This document shows, one piece after another, positions 45,801 through 54,837 of a stretch of DNA of 64,000 bases. Position numbers and translations under genes: made by a program. The notes under the pieces were generated by a model, which ran no database searches, was not told the DNA's origin, and saw only the letters and a program-made list of their open reading frames with translations. Position 1 is the stretch's first letter. Every line of letters begins with the position of its first letter. Origin of the DNA: Christensenella sp. UBA7703 (GTDB lineage: Bacteria > Bacillota > Clostridia > Christensenellales > CAG-138); NCBI GenBank assembly GCA_002482505.1, contig DLGD01000007.1:67258-131257 (forward strand), given 5' to 3'.

Positions 45801-48136
45801 GTCAGCCGCTCCTTTCGTCTGCGTATCGCACCGAGCGCGTCGTCCATGGCCGGCGCGAGCCAGCCGATCGTCGCGCCCGTGTCCGCGACGAGCTGCATCC
45901 CCGCCAACTGCGGCAGATACCGCCGCACTTCGCCGATCAGCACGTCCAGTTTCTGCGACAGCAAGTCGCTTGTCCCGCCGATGCCAATGCTATTCGGTAG
46001 ATTCGTCAGAACATTGATCGCGCCCACATCCACGCTGGTCGGAATCGCGCTCTGGATCTGTTTGTTTACGTCCTCCATGGCGTCGGTAAACCCGACACCG
46101 ACGCCCTCACCCATGTTCTCGCCGATTCCGGCAAACACTTTGGAAGGCGACGCAATGCCAAGCGCTCTCTTTGCGCTTTTCACGATGTTGGAGAAGAAAT
46201 CACGCACCTTGCTTGCGAGCCACGAGGCCATGCTCTTGATGCCTTCCCACAGCCCGTTGACGATATTCTTACCGATTTCCACCACGGAAGATACCGATGA
46301 TCCGAAACCGTTCAAAATTGCGGAGACAATCTGCGGTAAGGCGGCAATCAGCTGCGGGAGCGCTTTGATCAGGCCGATCGCAAGCTGAACCGTAAATTCG
46401 ATGCCCATTGCCATAAGGGTCGGGAGATTGTTCATGAAGAAGTTGATGATCCCCGTAATGAGCTTCGGCAGCGCTTCGATCAGCTTTGGCAGTGCGCGGA
46501 TGATGCCCTCCGCTAAGCCTTTCACGATCGAAAACGCCGCATCCAAAATCTTGTCCATGTTGTCGAACAGCGTATCGCAGATGAGAAGCACCGCCTCAAT
46601 GATCGCGGGGATCAGTGTTGGCAGCGCGTCACCAATTCCCTGCACGAGTGATGCAATCATCTGAATCGCCGCCTCCACCAACGCTGGCAGCATATCGACA
46701 ATCCCCTGCGCGAGTGTAGTAATCAGCTGCACCGCGCCGTCCGTAAACTGCGGAAGTGCCGTGATCACACCCTGCAGCAGCGTCATGACGATGCTGGAAG
46801 CAGCTGAGATCAGCACCGGCAGGTTTGCCGCCAGCGCGCCGCCGATCGCGCTCACGATACTCATACCCACCAGCACAAACTGCGGCAGGCTGCCGAGTAT
46901 CATGTTCGCGATCCCACCCACCGTCTCGCCTAGCACAACGGTGATCTTGTCAAAATCACCGCCCGCTTCCGCAAGTCCAGAGGTGAAATCGCCAAGCAGA
47001 GAAACCCCATCGTCCGCGAGCGTCTGAAGCTGCGGGAGCAGCACCACCCCCATGACCCGCTGTGCCGCCGCAGCACCCTGCTTGAGTCGCTGCACGGAAT
47101 CATCGAACGCACCGAATTTTTCAATCGTTTCCTCGCTCAGCACCGCACCCATCCGCTTGGCTTCGTCGGTCAGAGCCGCGATGCCCTCGCTGCCCTGCGC
47201 GATCAGAGGATTCAGATCCTGTGCGCTCTTTCCAAAGAGTTGCATGGCAAGCGCATCGCGCTCCGTTTCGTTTGATACCTGTCCAAGCGCGTCAATGGCA
47301 TCCCAATAGACGGCCTCACTGTCGCGCAGCGATCCGTCCGCATTGGTTACCGATACGCCGAGGCGATCATATGCCTTGGCAAACTGCTCACTGCCCCCAG
47401 CGGCGTTGGACATTGACTTCACGTTTTTCGCCATGGAGCCGGTCATAGTTTCCAGTGACACATCCACGAGGTCTGCCGCGTAGGAGTACGCTTGCAACCG
47501 TTCCACGCTCATGCCGGTGATGGAACTCTGCGTCAGCATTTCATCCGCATATGCCGCGGTATTGATGGTCATGTCGATGAGCGCTTTGCCTGCCGCAACC
47601 GCCGCCGTTCCGATCGCCACCATGGCCGCGCCGAGCGCGACACCAATCCCTTTGACAACCGAACCGAGCTTGTCGAACCCTCCACCCGCGTCGTCTGCCT
47701 GATCGGCGGACTGTTTGATCTCGTCTCCGAACTTGTCCGCCTGCTTACCAGCAGAATTTAGATCGTCCGCTGCGGCCTCCAGCGCGGTTTCGTTCGCGCC
47801 AAGCTCACGCTCCATGCCATTGAGGGCGGCTTTGGCGTTGTTGAGCTGAACCTGCCATGCCTGAGTACGCTTATCGTTCTCCCCAAAAGAAGAAGCCGCG
47901 TTCTGCAACGCGGCTTCGAGAGTTTCTACCTTATCTTTTTGAGCGTCGATCTCTTTTCGCAGGACCTGGTTTCGAGCGGTCAGTGCGCCGACCGATTTGT
48001 CCTGTTTATCGAACTGGGAGGTGACGAGGTTCATTTCGCTCCCGAGTACTTTAAAAGACTGGTTTATCTCAGAGAGGGCTTTCTTGAACTCTTTTTCGCC
48101 CTCAATTCCAATCTTGAGTCCAAAATCGGACGGCAT
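45797..48136 (-). CDS. tape measure protein
   Basis: 779 aa. Coiled-coil N-terminus, long Ala/Gly/Ile/Leu-rich TM-like repeats (ALPQLIAALPQIVSAIL...). RBS ggaggtg lies upstream. Confidence 0.9.
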   Translation of the reverse strand: MPSDFGLKIGIEGEKEFKKALSEINQSFKVLGSEMNLVTSQFDKQDKSVGALTARNQVLRKEIDAQKDKVETLEAALQNAASSFGENDKRTQAWQVQLNNAKAALNGMERELGANETALEAAADDLNSAGKQADKFGDEIKQSADQADDAGGGFDKLGSVVKGIGVALGAAMVAIGTAAVAAGKALIDMTINTAAYADEMLTQSSITGMSVERLQAYSYAADLVDVSLETMTGSMAKNVKSMSNAAGGSEQFAKAYDRLGVSVTNADGSLRDSEAVYWDAIDALGQVSNETERDALAMQLFGKSAQDLNPLIAQGSEGIAALTDEAKRMGAVLSEETIEKFGAFDDSVQRLKQGAAAAQRVMGVVLLPQLQTLADDGVSLLGDFTSGLAEAGGDFDKITVVLGETVGGIANMILGSLPQFVLVGMSIVSAIGGALAANLPVLISAASSIVMTLLQGVITALPQFTDGAVQLITTLAQGIVDMLPALVEAAIQMIASLVQGIGDALPTLIPAIIEAVLLICDTLFDNMDKILDAAFSIVKGLAEGIIRALPKLIEALPKLITGIINFFMNNLPTLMAMGIEFTVQLAIGLIKALPQLIAALPQIVSAILNGFGSSVSSVVEIGKNIVNGLWEGIKSMASWLASKVRDFFSNIVKSAKRALGIASPSKVFAGIGENMGEGVGVGFTDAMEDVNKQIQSAIPTSVDVGAINVLTNLPNSIGIGGTSDLLSQKLDVLIGEVRRYLPQLAGMQLVADTGATIGWLAPAMDDALGAIRRRKERLT

Positions 48137-48163
48137 TTCATCACCTCCCTAGGATATATGGGC

Positions 48164-48190
48164 ATAAAAAAACGACCCGAAGGTCGTTTT
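48164..48190 (-). terminator. rho-independent terminator 28 nt upstream of the TMP start codon
   Basis: On the minus strand: aaacgacc-ttcg-ggtcgttt followed by T7. Confidence 0.8.
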
Positions 48191-48289
48191 AGAGAAATAT
48201 TTGCTATGCAATTACTGCTCATACAATTCTGATGATTCTAAACACAATCTTTAGAATTGACTTACTGTCTAGTCCCTCAGCAACTACAC

Positions 48290-50527
48290 TTACTTTGCAA
48301 AAGATGTGCCTTGTTTGTCTCCCAACTCATTGGCAATGATTTCTGCAATCGTTGCTTGCTTGTAAGCTATATATCGACTTTCTGTCTCTCCTTGTGGTGT
48401 CCAATAAGCAAGCCACCCGCCGTTTGTTTGGACGTAAGTATTTCCCTCTAGCGCGGGTAGAAACTCAGCTTTCGCACCAGAGGTGATCAACGGTCCAGTT
48501 GAAAGATAAAACACGTTGTTTCTCATAACGAAGTTCTTCGCTGCATTCGGGTGCCGGTGTCCCTCGTATGCAGAGCTATACGCAGACCATTCTGGCATAA
48601 TGGTGGACGTGAATCCAAAGCCAGTGTAAAGGAAGTAGTTATCCTCGATCAGTGTATTCTCCATTCTATGCGTGCCAAAACCCGCGTTGTCCTCTAGCGT
48701 GAAGAAGATTTCAATGGGCATGTTTATATATGCGAATAAGTTTCGTGCATAGGTGATGTTTTGCTGCAAAACATCATGATACCCAGGATTCTCATTTCCC
48801 GTTACTGCTGCGTTTTCCTGTGGATCCTGATTGGAGACTCCTGCGTCGAAACATTGATAAATATAACAATCCGTGACCGAATAATGATCATAGCTGCCGT
48901 CACACTCAACGCCATTGCCATATATAGCAGCTTCGCCAGTATCATAGGAATAATATTGTATACTGCCGCCGATCCAACCAATCTCACAAAAGCTGACGTC
49001 AAAGCCAATATCGCCACCAAAAATGGCGTGCGAGCCGCAGTACTTTATGCAAAGATTGTTAAATACCGCATCGTCCGCAGGAATTATGACGTTCTGGCGT
49101 TCTGCAAATTCGATGCTTTCATATATCTCACCAGGATTTCCTTTATCACAGCGAAGATACAGATCGCCCACGACTTCAGGACTCTCGTTATAATCGCAGT
49201 TATCCATCACGGTATAACGAAAGGGTGCGCCGTCATATAGGATGCTGTCCGCTTCCGAAAAGAAATCAAGATCCTCAGATAACTCCTGTACCAAATCAAA
49301 GGGCTGCCCTTGATTTACAGTGGAAACGTATCCATTCAAATAGGCTGGATAAATCCCGTGTGCGTAGGATTCCCCTTCGTTGAATATGATGTTGCCGCAG
49401 TGCATCAGCTGTTCGGAAAAGTGCCAAATGTTCTCTGTTCCTTCAACAAGTGTCCATTTTGACGGGTCTGCGCCGTTGCAGGAGGAGGCATAAATCTTGG
49501 GTTTATCTCCCTCTCCGTATGCAGAGTAGATCACACCCTTCTGCGCCCAGAGCTGACCGCGCCATAGATCACCGCGCATGAAATACACACCGTCTCCCTC
49601 TTTTAAAGGAGCGGTGTTTACCTTTTCTAATGTTGCCCAAGCCGTTTCTGGGCTCTTGCCATCAGCGGTATCATCACCGCCGCTTGAAGAGATGTAGTAA
49701 GAGGTGCCGGTGCATGTGAGGTTATCCTGATTATTGAGAATCCGCAGTTTCAGGTCATCTGCCTGCTTCAAAAGCGCCTCGTCCTCTTCTGTGGGTACGC
49801 GACTCTGCATAATATCGATTCCAAGAATTTCCGAATGATACAACCGCATTACAGCGGCAATTGCATCTTCTTTCGTTAAATCCGAATTTAATTGGAAATC
49901 CATGTTTTCATCGCAGGATAAAAAATGCGTCCGTTGACTCAAATCCATACGTCGCTGCATGTAGTAAACAGCGGTTGATGCAACATTCCCAACGGGATCC
50001 TGTGACCCATCAGAAAACAAAAGAGACATCTGGCGTTCTGCATCAGTGAGATATGGATAATCCCATGACAGTTGAGAAAACATCAGGTCATAGTTCACTT
50101 CGTTTTCAATGCAAAAACCGTAGTCGCGCGCATTGTAAGTTGTCCAACCGAGTGCATCGGCGGCCTCCATAATCATAACCAACGCATCATCCCGGCGCAT
50201 AGAGCGCGAAGGAAATCCGTCCTTATTCACCTTCTCTGTCCAGCTTGTCAAAGCATTCTCGTCTACGGAAGAAATCAGTTTGCTCACCATATCATAGAAC
50301 GACATAAAGTCTGCTGAACCGCTCAAATCGGATTCCCAAGCATCCGGCTCAATGCCCATGGTTTTCGCTTCTGCAACTTCTGGCAAGGTGCTGACAACTG
50401 GCGTTTCCGATACAGCCGGTTCTATCGTGGGGGCAATGGTTGCGGTTGGTTCCGCATTTTGAGTCGAACAAGATGTTAACGAAAGTATGAATACAAGAAC
50501 TAATAAGAAACAAATAAGCTTTTTCAT
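48290..50527 (-). CDS. large secreted lipoprotein with right-handed beta-helix-like (pectate-lyase-fold) region
   Basis: 745 aa. Signal/lipobox MKKLICFLLVLVFILSLTSCS. GTSYYISSSGGDDTADGKSPETAWATLEKV...GDGVYFMRGD is typical of beta-helix domain N-caps. Confidence 0.65.
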   Translation of the reverse strand: MKKLICFLLVLVFILSLTSCSTQNAEPTATIAPTIEPAVSETPVVSTLPEVAEAKTMGIEPDAWESDLSGSADFMSFYDMVSKLISSVDENALTSWTEKVNKDGFPSRSMRRDDALVMIMEAADALGWTTYNARDYGFCIENEVNYDLMFSQLSWDYPYLTDAERQMSLLFSDGSQDPVGNVASTAVYYMQRRMDLSQRTHFLSCDENMDFQLNSDLTKEDAIAAVMRLYHSEILGIDIMQSRVPTEEDEALLKQADDLKLRILNNQDNLTCTGTSYYISSSGGDDTADGKSPETAWATLEKVNTAPLKEGDGVYFMRGDLWRGQLWAQKGVIYSAYGEGDKPKIYASSCNGADPSKWTLVEGTENIWHFSEQLMHCGNIIFNEGESYAHGIYPAYLNGYVSTVNQGQPFDLVQELSEDLDFFSEADSILYDGAPFRYTVMDNCDYNESPEVVGDLYLRCDKGNPGEIYESIEFAERQNVIIPADDAVFNNLCIKYCGSHAIFGGDIGFDVSFCEIGWIGGSIQYYSYDTGEAAIYGNGVECDGSYDHYSVTDCYIYQCFDAGVSNQDPQENAAVTGNENPGYHDVLQQNITYARNLFAYINMPIEIFFTLEDNAGFGTHRMENTLIEDNYFLYTGFGFTSTIMPEWSAYSSAYEGHRHPNAAKNFVMRNNVFYLSTGPLITSGAKAEFLPALEGNTYVQTNGGWLAYWTPQGETESRYIAYKQATIAEIIANELGDKQGTSFAK

Positions 50528-50986
50528 GTGACTTGGCTCCTAAATAGAATACTTGGCTTCAAGATGAAAATGATCTCTTTCCCTCGCATACACACGATTA
50601 TGATTGACACTGTTATGATTAGAAAACATCTTTTTGATTAAACCACCACGCGTTAGCGCTGTCAACATACTAGATAAGAATATTGTTGCAAAATTTAGTA
50701 AAATTAAACCATCCTGCGTCTATCAAAAACAGAATCTTCTCCTCTTTGGGAAAAATTTCCCAACAAAACTCGTTAAGCAAAAATTCTAGTTAACAGATCG
50801 AGTGTATTCGCTTGTAATGCGCTTCGATTAATAGGTTATTTCTTGTCTGGCGATAAGATCTTTTCTCTCACAAGCTATGAACGATGAGTTGACCTCGGAG
50901 AATACTTTTTTGTAATCTTAGCGACTCTTATTTCAATATTGAGAACAAAGTCGAGACGCAAACAATGGCCGCGCTTTATAACAAGC

Positions 50987-51012
50987 AAGAAACGACCCGA
51001 CGGTCGTTTCTT
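50987..51012 (-). terminator. hairpin terminator after the HD-hydrolase gene; near-identical to the hairpin at 48166-48190
   Basis: aagaaacgacc-cgac-ggtcgtttctt. The core AAACGACCCGA(A/C)GGTCGTTT is shared with the other hairpin. Confidence 0.65.
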
Positions 51013-51040
51013 GATGCATAACATAAATCGATTGCAATTA

Positions 51041-51469
51041 CTAATCCAATAAAATTTCAATCGCCTGTTTGTACTTTTTGATTCGTTCTATATCCTGAGT
51101 CGTTATCAAGTTCAAACGAGTCAGATCGGAATTGTGATTCAAATCAGCCACCTTTACTGTTCTGGCGATTGGGTCAACGCGGATTGCTTGCACGTATTCC
51201 AAATAAGGAACGGAATCATCATGGCAAAGCAGCTCCAAAGCCGCAATTTGCCGATTCGTTATACCCATATTAATCAGGTCTTCGACAGTACAATCCGTGT
51301 CCTCTAAAACGTCGTGCAAAAGCGCGACTACACACTCATCCTCTGACTTCATGGATTCCGCAACGTGTAGCGGATGCGTGATATACGGCAGCCTAGATTT
51401 ATCGTATTGTCCCCGATGCGCATCAAACGCGAACAGAATCGCGCGCCTTGTCAATGGCGTATAAATCAT
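51041..51469 (-). CDS. small RelA/SpoT-type HD-domain hydrolase (small alarmone hydrolase-like)
   Basis: 142 aa. AHRGQYDKSRLPYITHPLHVA, ALLHDVLEDT (the HD and ED motifs) and VKVADLNHNSD. No synthetase domain is present. Confidence 0.75.
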   Translation of the reverse strand: MIYTPLTRRAILFAFDAHRGQYDKSRLPYITHPLHVAESMKSEDECVVALLHDVLEDTDCTVEDLINMGITNRQIAALELLCHDDSVPYLEYVQAIRVDPIARTVKVADLNHNSDLTRLNLITTQDIERIKKYKQAIEILLD

Positions 51470-51502
51470 TGTTATTCCTTATTTTGATTACAAGATATCC
51501 GA

Positions 51503-52276
51503 TTAATATGCCTTTTTTGTGATAGTTATCACTTGCGCAACGACGACCAGAACCATTGCAGCAATTGTGGTTATCATAACAGCGGGATACATACCGTTAA
51601 ATCCTGTTGCAGAAACATGCTTTATGAGAATTCCGGCATATGCCCAAAGGATCACAAGACCATAAGCATAATCCTTGTTGCGCAAGATAGTAATGATACC
51701 AATTATTGCGCCGATTGCAATGATAGCAACCGCCCATACTGTCTGAGATAATCCAAATCCGTTCCAACCCACACTCACCAAAAGCGTTGTAAAGTTCGCG
51801 ATGGTTGCAACGGTGATCCACCCGAAGTAAATACTGAACGGCAGCTTGACGAATATTTTTTCTTTCGTGCTCAGCGTTTCTTTACGAATCGCGCTGACGA
51901 TGATGGCGAGACAGGCTAGGATCAATAGCATGAGTACCATCGAAAGAGCGATGATCCTGTAATGCCAAGAAAAAATCCAAACCGTATTCGCGATCGACGA
52001 TATGGAGAAAACAACTCCAATTTTGTTCATGAGCGCATCGCTCATGCTCCTGTTCTTCTTGAACAGTCCGAGCTGAAAGACCGTATACGCGGCTAGCAGC
52101 AAATAGATGACACCCCAGATCGCGAAGGTAATGCCCGCGGGCGCAAACAGGTTAGGGTATGAGTCTGATACAGCGCCCGTACCAATACCGTTGATAGGTA
52201 GAATGTTTGCCAGTGCATTCACAACAACCATCAGGATGAAGGTCACAGCCGTCAAAGCTTGAATCGACTTCTTCAT
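51503..52276 (-). CDS. polytopic membrane protein, TspO/MBR-related (tryptophan-rich sensory protein-like)
   Basis: 257 aa with about 7 TM helices. The N-terminus VVNALANILPINGIGTGAVSDSYPNLFAPAGITFAIWGVIY resembles long Firmicute TspO-like proteins. The family call comes from memory only. Confidence 0.5.
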   Translation of the reverse strand: MKKSIQALTAVTFILMVVVNALANILPINGIGTGAVSDSYPNLFAPAGITFAIWGVIYLLLAAYTVFQLGLFKKNRSMSDALMNKIGVVFSISSIANTVWIFSWHYRIIALSMVLMLLILACLAIIVSAIRKETLSTKEKIFVKLPFSIYFGWITVATIANFTTLLVSVGWNGFGLSQTVWAVAIIAIGAIIGIITILRNKDYAYGLVILWAYAGILIKHVSATGFNGMYPAVMITTIAAMVLVVVAQVITITKKAY

Positions 52277-52505
52277 GTATATACCCCCTTTTTAAAGTTA
52301 TTATAACACACATGGTTGTAGTACTCAAAGTATAAGATCATTCCTCGCACCAATCAACCGAGCGCGCATTGGCTCGCAAACAAGATTTTATATAAATCTG
52401 CTTGGGCTTAAATCAATTCTTATCGGTTTACTTCATATAAAGCAATCTATAACCCCAAAACAATATTTCAACGGCCAGAATTGAAGCGAGTTAGCAAATA
52501 TAGAT

Positions 52506-52532
52506 ATAGAACAACCTCTCGGGTTGTTCTAT
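52506..52532 (-). terminator. hairpin downstream of the DUF3021 gene
   Basis: atagaacaacc-tctcg-ggttgttctat, an 11-bp stem with a weak T-tract. Confidence 0.45.
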
Positions 52533-52548
52533 TTTACACCAATACTTA

Positions 52549-52992
52549 CTAATCAATGTCTCCATTTGCAACTTGAAACTTCTTCAGCGCGTCGTTGAAA
52601 ACTTTGGCGGTCTTTCTATCATTCATCCACAGGACGAGATTAACAGTCAAATATATGATAAGAATTGACACTGCGAGAGATACTGCAACCGACACGCTCG
52701 TGAGCAGCCCTGCAAAATAGAGTGCGGAGAGAATTACAAATTCCAGCAAGAAGAACTCAAACACATTTCTCCAAACCATCTGCTTCAGAGATAGCTCCTT
52801 CTTCGTGAATGTCGCAAGCGTGGGAAGCGATGCCAAAGCGCCAAAGAGCAGCGGAGATAGAAAAGCTTGATAGCCAAAGCGGACATCAGGCGAAAACGCC
52901 ATGCCAATTAAAGCCATCGCTCCGCAAATACAAGTGGTTGATACAAAAAAGCTCATCAGCACTTTTTTTACAAAGAATGTCTTAAAGTCCAT
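52549..52992 (-). CDS. DUF3021-type membrane protein (putative membrane inhibitor of the LytTR regulator)
   Basis: Four TM helices. Start set at the ATG after gggagg, overlapping the LytTR stop by 11 nt. LytTR/DUF3021 pairing is a known arrangement (HdrRM/BrsRM-type). Confidence 0.65.
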   Translation of the reverse strand: MDFKTFFVKKVLMSFFVSTTCICGAMALIGMAFSPDVRFGYQAFLSPLLFGALASLPTLATFTKKELSLKQMVWRNVFEFFLLEFVILSALYFAGLLTSVSVAVSLAVSILIIYLTVNLVLWMNDRKTAKVFNDALKKFQVANGDID

Positions 52993-53443
52993 TTCTACTT
53001 CCTCCCATGACAGCACGTTTGATAGCCGCTACATATTGCCTTGAGATGATGATCTTCTCACCGTTTTTCATGTGCGCCATAAATCTTCCATTCAAGATCG
53101 GACTGATGCACTCAATCCTCATAAGGTTGATAATGAAGGACTTGGAGCATCGGACAAAATGTTTGTCTGCATAGGCATTCTCCAATTCATACAACCTTGT
53201 TTTCAACTCAAGTGTTCGGTTCTTTGTATATGCAAACACTCGCTCATCTACCGCCTCAAAATAGAACACGTCAGACAGATTGAATTGATAGATGCGTTCA
53301 TCCTCGCTTCCACTCAAGGTTGTGCCCTTCGTCAGAGCATACGATCGTATGCTCTCGACGTCGGGCGTAACCTCAACACATTCAATGATGAGACACTCAT
53401 CGGCTTTGTCACTGATTTTTTTGAGAATTACTTTCACAATCAA
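52982..53443 (-). CDS. LytTR-family DNA-binding transcriptional regulator (no receiver domain)
   Basis: 153 aa. FYFEAVDERVFAYTKNRTLELKTRLYELE...FVRCSKSFIINLMRI is the LytTR domain signature. Confidence 0.8.
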   Translation of the reverse strand: MIVKVILKKISDKADECLIIECVEVTPDVESIRSYALTKGTTLSGSEDERIYQFNLSDVFYFEAVDERVFAYTKNRTLELKTRLYELENAYADKHFVRCSKSFIINLMRIECISPILNGRFMAHMKNGEKIIISRQYVAAIKRAVMGGSRNGL

Positions 53444-54738
53444 TATTCCTTTTGGATATTTGGTTCTCCCACATTTTTCAGGAAGCTGTCAAAGAAGCTT
53501 AATACCACCTGATTCGTTGTTTCAATGCAATACCTAGCATCAATCGTACCAACGCCCAGCATTTTCGCAAGCATCGGGGAAAACAGCGGTAAATCGGTGA
53601 AGTTTAAATGCCCGGCGTTTTGAAATACAGTCTCATATGCGAGCACGGCGTGATTCGTCGCATAAAAATTGTTGTAGGCATCTCCAACGAGTTCTTTTGC
53701 GCCCGTATAGTGATCTTCCGCGTAAACATTCAGAAGCGGAATAGGGTACGGGGTATTGTTCAGCACGACGCTGCCGTTCTCAAACGCAACTTCTTCACCT
53801 AGCATGGTTCCGTCCAAGACAATTACCGCGTCGATGTCGCTGCGCTCCCTGCCGACTTGCGCCGAGGCAGCGCCACCGAGAGAATGTCCCATCAATCCGA
53901 TTTCGTCCGTATTGATGACGGAGAAAAGCGAGTCATTCTGTTTCGCATCGCACTCTGCGAGAATCTGATCAATCACGAAGTTCATATCATCGGTGCGAAG
54001 CTTCATCCATTCTTTTGTGGTGTGATAGATCTCCTCTTCATGCATTGTATCATGCATGGCATTGATTTCGGTTGCTCTTGTGATAAATTCCGGATCGACT
54101 GTCGTGAGTTTTCCGTCTACATCCATCGTAAAAAAGGCTTGGTTGGTGTGCCCGATGCTGACGACGACATAACCGTTTGAAGCAAGCTCTGCAAATGTCG
54201 AATGATTGCTCCCGCTGAAGCCGAATGCCCCATGAGAAAAGATGACAAGGGGAAATTCCTGATCCGCGTTTTCCGGATACCAGAATTCAACCGTCAAAGC
54301 TCTGTTCGCGCCGGAATCCGAATATGCATCGAGTCTGCTGTTATCGACCCATGTATGTTTTGCCGTGGCGACTTCATATTCACCCGTTGTATCGAGCGGC
54401 TGATATTGCGGACAAAAGATTGCGAGAAACAGCGCAAATGTGAAGATCATGCAGCGTCCAACAAACCGGGAGATGTTTTTACTCAATTTGTATTCTTTCT
54501 CACGCTTCCAGATGAGCGCAACAGCACCCATGAGCGCCTGAATCACCAACACGACCAGCAGCGCCACATATCGAAAGCTCCACTCATAAACCCCTGTAAA
54601 TACCAGCAGACCGAACAGAACCAGTAATGCAATGCTAACAATCCCTTTTTCTTCTCTGTGGTTGTTCTTGGTCACGATTGACCAGCCGAGCAAGAAAGTT
54701 TCCAGTGCAAGCAATAGAATAAGTGTAATAGTTCCCAT
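53440..54738 (-). CDS. membrane-anchored alpha/beta hydrolase (PAF-acetylhydrolase/dienelactone-hydrolase-like)
   Basis: Four N-terminal TM helices and a GHSLGG nucleophile elbow. Start set at M16 of the ORF (RBS ggagga, 7-nt spacer), downstream of the predicted promoter. Confidence 0.75.
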   Translation of the reverse strand: MGTITLILLLALETFLLGWSIVTKNNHREEKGIVSIALLVLFGLLVFTGVYEWSFRYVALLVVLVIQALMGAVALIWKREKEYKLSKNISRFVGRCMIFTFALFLAIFCPQYQPLDTTGEYEVATAKHTWVDNSRLDAYSDSGANRALTVEFWYPENADQEFPLVIFSHGAFGFSGSNHSTFAELASNGYVVVSIGHTNQAFFTMDVDGKLTTVDPEFITRATEINAMHDTMHEEEIYHTTKEWMKLRTDDMNFVIDQILAECDAKQNDSLFSVINTDEIGLMGHSLGGAASAQVGRERSDIDAVIVLDGTMLGEEVAFENGSVVLNNTPYPIPLLNVYAEDHYTGAKELVGDAYNNFYATNHAVLAYETVFQNAGHLNFTDLPLFSPMLAKMLGVGTIDARYCIETTNQVVLSFFDSFLKNVGEPNIQKEY

Positions 54739-54769
54739 AAATGTTTCCTCCAAATCGTTCTCGTGCTTC

Positions 54770-54798
54770 AGTATAGGTTCCATTTTTTAGGGAAACAA
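54770..54798 (-). promoter_or_regulatory. putative promoter of the hydrolase-LytTR-DUF3021 operon
   Basis: On the minus strand: -35 TTGTTT (54798-93), 17-nt spacer, -10 TATACT (54775-70). Confidence 0.4.
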
Positions 54799-54806
54799 TC
54801 AAATTT

Positions 54807-54837
54807 GGATGAGTTGCGTTTTAAGAGGATAAGTTGC
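54807..54837 (-). promoter_or_regulatory. tandem 11-bp direct repeats GCAACT(T/C)ATCC spaced 20 bp apart, candidate LytTR operator
   Basis: On the minus strand, gcaacttatcc (54837-27) and gcaactcatcc (54817-07). The proximal repeat ends about 8 nt upstream of the -35. Confidence 0.5.

Noticed and set aside
50531-50558. 8-nt direct repeat acttggct x2, spaced 20 bp apart, abutting the lipoprotein start codon/RBS.
   Set aside because: It is short, could be chance, and one copy overlaps the RBS. Its sequence is unrelated to the 11-bp LytTR-type repeats, and there is no further support.
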